Shown here: piece after piece, positions 61,042-63,425 of the stretch
Layout: each line of letters begins with the position of its first letter
How positions within the stretch are numbered: position 1 is the first letter of the stretch
Assembly (NCBI GenBank): GCA_045106415.1
Contig: JBGCEP010000029.1
Location: 1-63,425 of the forward strand
Direction of reading: 5' to 3'
Source of the DNA: Oligoflexales bacterium
Lineage (GTDB): Bacteria > Bdellovibrionota_B > Oligoflexia > Oligoflexales > Bog-1112
DNA length: 63,425 nucleotides
Translations under genes and position numbers: made by a program
Notes under the pieces: model-generated
What the model saw: only the letters and a program-made list of their open reading frames with translations
Database searches by the model: none
What the model was told of the DNA's origin: nothing

Positions 61042-61303
61042 CTTTATCACTACATATTTGGCCTCGTGTCTTTTAACTATTTCTTAAAAAGAGAAGTAAA
61101 GAAAACGGGTTCAGCAGCAACAACCCGCTGGTGATTACACTGTAAAAACAATCATTTGAGCGATAGTGAATTTTGTCTTCAACCGGCATTTAAAGTGCCT
61201 ATTGAAACCTATTGCGCAACAAATTTAATTCATATACCTTCCCGTCGTCAAAGTACTATTAAGCGTTTTACCACAATTATCAGCACCGACCTTCGGAGAC
61301 AAA

Positions 61304-61816
61304 TTGCAAAAAATTATCATCACATCCATTCTATGTATGACAAATGCCTATGGCATAACACTTCCAAAAGAAGCCATTGTTTTTAATGAATACAGAGAAC
61401 CTGTAGATGTAAAAGATCTTACAGAAAACTGTACTGTAACAGTCCTAGAAGGTGGCGCTGAATACGAAGCAACAATTTACAATCTCAGCACTCAGAAGAA
61501 CACCGTAAGCTTTGAAGTCGTAGACTACACAGAACTAAACATTGCTCCCGTAATCAATTCCCACACAAAGTCTAAGCACCACTTTTCTTTTTCAATAAAG
61601 AAATCTATAGCACCACTTTTTTTACTAGGCCTATCTGCTCTCCCGACAACTGACGCAGCAGGCATTTGCTATGCAGCATGTATCACCGGTTGTTATGCAG
61701 CATGTGCAGCGCTTTCAGTAGTAACGGCGTCACCTGCGTGTCTAGCTGTTGCTAACGCCGGTGGTTGCCCACTAGCTTGCGCCGGCGCTGCAGCCATTCC
61801 TCTTCCATGGTGTTAA
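61304..61816 (+). CDS. Secreted protein with C-terminal 8-Cys hydrophobic peptide (toxin/bacteriocin-like precursor?)
   Basis: GGAG RBS plus TTG; signal ending AYG; second hydrophobic stretch APLFLLGLSALPTTDA then GICYAACITGCYAAC...CPLAC...PWC. Confidence 0.7.
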   Translation: MQKIIITSILCMTNAYGITLPKEAIVFNEYREPVDVKDLTENCTVTVLEGGAEYEATIYNLSTQKNTVSFEVVDYTELNIAPVINSHTKSKHHFSFSIKKSIAPLFLLGLSALPTTDAAGICYAACITGCYAACAALSVVTASPACLAVANAGGCPLACAGAAAIPLPWC

Positions 61817-61834
61817 TACAATAAGGATTAAAAT

Positions 61835-62449
61835 ATGAAATTTATATTACTCACGTTACTTACGCTTAAAGGCAGCTTAATCATGGCAAACACTGCACAG
61901 AATTTTTTACAAATCAGTAAGACTGGAGTTGAGCTTGATCTTGATGTAGAGCTTCTTAAGCGCCCTGACTCCCAGTTTCAGAAAAACTTAAAGAAAGTAG
62001 GCCTTACTCCTACTAGACAGAAAAAAGCTGAGACCTACCTCAACGCTACAACATCAGCATCTTATGCAAAAATGCTAGAACAAACATTAACCTCAAGCGA
62101 GATGAATATCCTCTGTTTAGAAGCCAATAAAATAAGCCCTATTTTTGAAAAATATTTTAAATACAGCCAAGAGCTACCAGAAAAAAGATTAAATCAAGAT
62201 CTTACAGATGAACGCAAAAGATTGATCAAGGGACTTTTAGAAGAGTCTCGTGACCATGAAATATATCCAGGGCTGCCTTTGGAAACCTGCATAAGCATAT
62301 TCGCAAGCAAATATGAAAACCTCTCTGATACGGAAATCATAAGTCTGACCAAATACTTCAAAAATGATGTCATAAAAAAAGAACGGGCAACATGGATTAA
62401 ATTCCATCAAAACGCAATGGCACAGGCCGCCAACGTCTTTGCTCCATAA
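61835..62449 (+). CDS. Secreted helical protein, DUF2059-like
   Basis: AAGGA RBS, signal peptide, two Y..L(T/S)..E(M/I)..L helical motifs (YENLSDTEIISLTKYFKNDVIKK). Confidence 0.55.
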   Translation: MKFILLTLLTLKGSLIMANTAQNFLQISKTGVELDLDVELLKRPDSQFQKNLKKVGLTPTRQKKAETYLNATTSASYAKMLEQTLTSSEMNILCLEANKISPIFEKYFKYSQELPEKRLNQDLTDERKRLIKGLLEESRDHEIYPGLPLETCISIFASKYENLSDTEIISLTKYFKNDVIKKERATWIKFHQNAMAQAANVFAP

Positions 62450-62459
62450 CTTCGTTCCT

Positions 62460-62487
62460 ATTGCGGCTCTATGAGCTGCAATTTTTC
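62460..62487 (+). terminator. Intrinsic terminator
   Basis: ATTGCGGCTC-tat-GAGCTGCAAT followed by T run, 11 nt after stop of 61835-62449. Confidence 0.75.
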
Positions 62488-62525
62488 ATTGAAACCCCAA
62501 TTATGCCTAAGCACCGAGCACCATC

Positions 62526-62711
62526 ATGAATCTCGCTAAAATCACAAGCCTAGCCCTATTGACATACCTGACATACCAAATCGCCAAAGAGTTTGAAAAT
62601 GTTTATATCTTCATAGCTGCGATTGACATATTAGCCCTCTTAATTCTGAGACCTTGGGCATCAGCTTCAACAAACAACGCGCCTCACAACGATATTGGCA
62701 AGATGTCTTGA
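62526..62711 (+). CDS. Small 2-TM membrane protein
   Basis: 61-aa ORF with two hydrophobic segments. Confidence 0.4.
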   Translation: MNLAKITSLALLTYLTYQIAKEFENVYIFIAAIDILALLILRPWASASTNNAPHNDIGKMS

Positions 62712-63047
62712 AGCTTACACCAATAGCTATCTACATGCTTCATCGCAAAAACATCAATACCTATCTGCTAATTATCGCTGTTTCTACTACAGTTGCTGGC
62801 ACTGCAATTATGGCTGAAGGTGCTGTTGGTTTCGTTGCCGCAGTTGAAGGGACAAGTTTAACTATTGGCGGCATACTTACGGCCTGCCTTTTCCTACCCG
62901 AAAACGGAGTTCGATGTGGAGCTAAACCTGGCAATGAACCTTTCTGCTACCGTTGCGTATTTATACACTCTTAATTCTCGCTATGATTTTTATAAGTACC
63001 AAGAGCATGAAAATCAGAAAATATGTTGGATTAGTCATTACAGTTAG
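62708..63047 (+). pseudogene. Small membrane protein, probably frameshifted
   Basis: Hydrophobic ORF ending 62974 overlapped by a second protein-like frame ending 63047. Confidence 0.3.
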
Positions 63048-63163
63048 TATTGCTCTGATGCTTTATTTTGAATTATAACGCCCCAGGGAAATCAACGAAA
63101 TTAATACAAGCCGGATATCGTTGGTTTCCTGATCTGCAACGAACACCCGTATCAGGAAAAACC

Positions 63164-63355
63164 ATGAAAATACCACAAATGAAAAGATATAATTATCAGA
63201 CCTACAGAAGAGTCCTTACTGTAATTTCTGCAGCCACAGTTAGTGTGACTTGTGATTTATTAGGTATCCTTGGTTCATTTGAAAAAGCTATAATCATTAG
63301 CCTTATTATCAGCTTATACGCTCACCTCTATGCACAAAAACACATCTTAAATTGA
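63164..63355 (+). CDS. Small 2-TM membrane protein
   Basis: AGGA upstream of MKIPQ; two hydrophobic segments. Confidence 0.4.
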   Translation: MKIPQMKRYNYQTYRRVLTVISAATVSVTCDLLGILGSFEKAIIISLIISLYAHLYAQKHILN

Positions 63356-63425
63356 AACGACTAGGCAACATCCTAAAAAGCTAGTCGCCATTGTGCACGT
63401 GCGCGTAATAATTACTTATATATTA

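Noticed and set aside
54121..61300. Complete diversity-generating retroelement around the CLec-tipped gene
   Set aside because: No reverse transcriptase ORF and no template repeat matching the C-terminal region were found in the window
61304..62449. Sactipeptide/glycocin/lanthipeptide biosynthetic cluster
   Set aside because: No radical SAM, glycosyltransferase, LanM or peptidase-ABC transporter nearby
63358..63387. Small inverted repeat CGACTAG...CTAGTCG near window end
   Set aside because: Short stem, long loop and no U-tract; cannot assign a function
1..63425. CRISPR arrays, tRNA or rRNA genes
   Set aside because: No regularly spaced repeats or recognisable structural RNA signatures seen by eye; a covariance-model scan was not possible

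Overview
Gene-dense bacterial chromosome segment. AgmX/PglI-type, PilZ, FHA-HD-GYP, matrixin and giant surface lipoprotein genes suggest Bdellovibrionota/Oligoflexia (inference). Bases 1-50,200 are mostly housekeeping: UvrD/Rep helicase, lplA-like, mgtE, type-2 ileS, ABC-F, glpD-like, fadI-fadJ, rnj, gshB, pgk-tpiA-trmFO-psd-pyk-like, arfB, dapAB, frmAB, valS and sdhCAB. Embedded at 16.8-25.0 kb is an unusual envelope module: a zinc-site-less M1 aminopeptidase/beta-barrel-like fusion, a CglF-like small protein, an FHA-GAF-HD-GYP regulator, and a TolQ + 2x TolR + GltG/AgmX-like motor whose proton-conducting acidic residues appear to be missing. Bases 50,250-63,425 form an accessory region with AT-rich spacers. 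It holds a CxxCH lipoprotein, a secreted and apparently catalytically dead stand-alone Hint domain, a ~1900-aa lipoprotein adhesin tipped with a CLec/FGE-like domain, an IS630 remnant, and a secreted protein ending in an 8-Cys hydrophobic peptide followed by a DUF2059-like gene. Sigma28-like promoters precede several secreted genes. No rRNA, tRNA or CRISPR array was seen. All family calls come from motif reading by eye, not from database searches.
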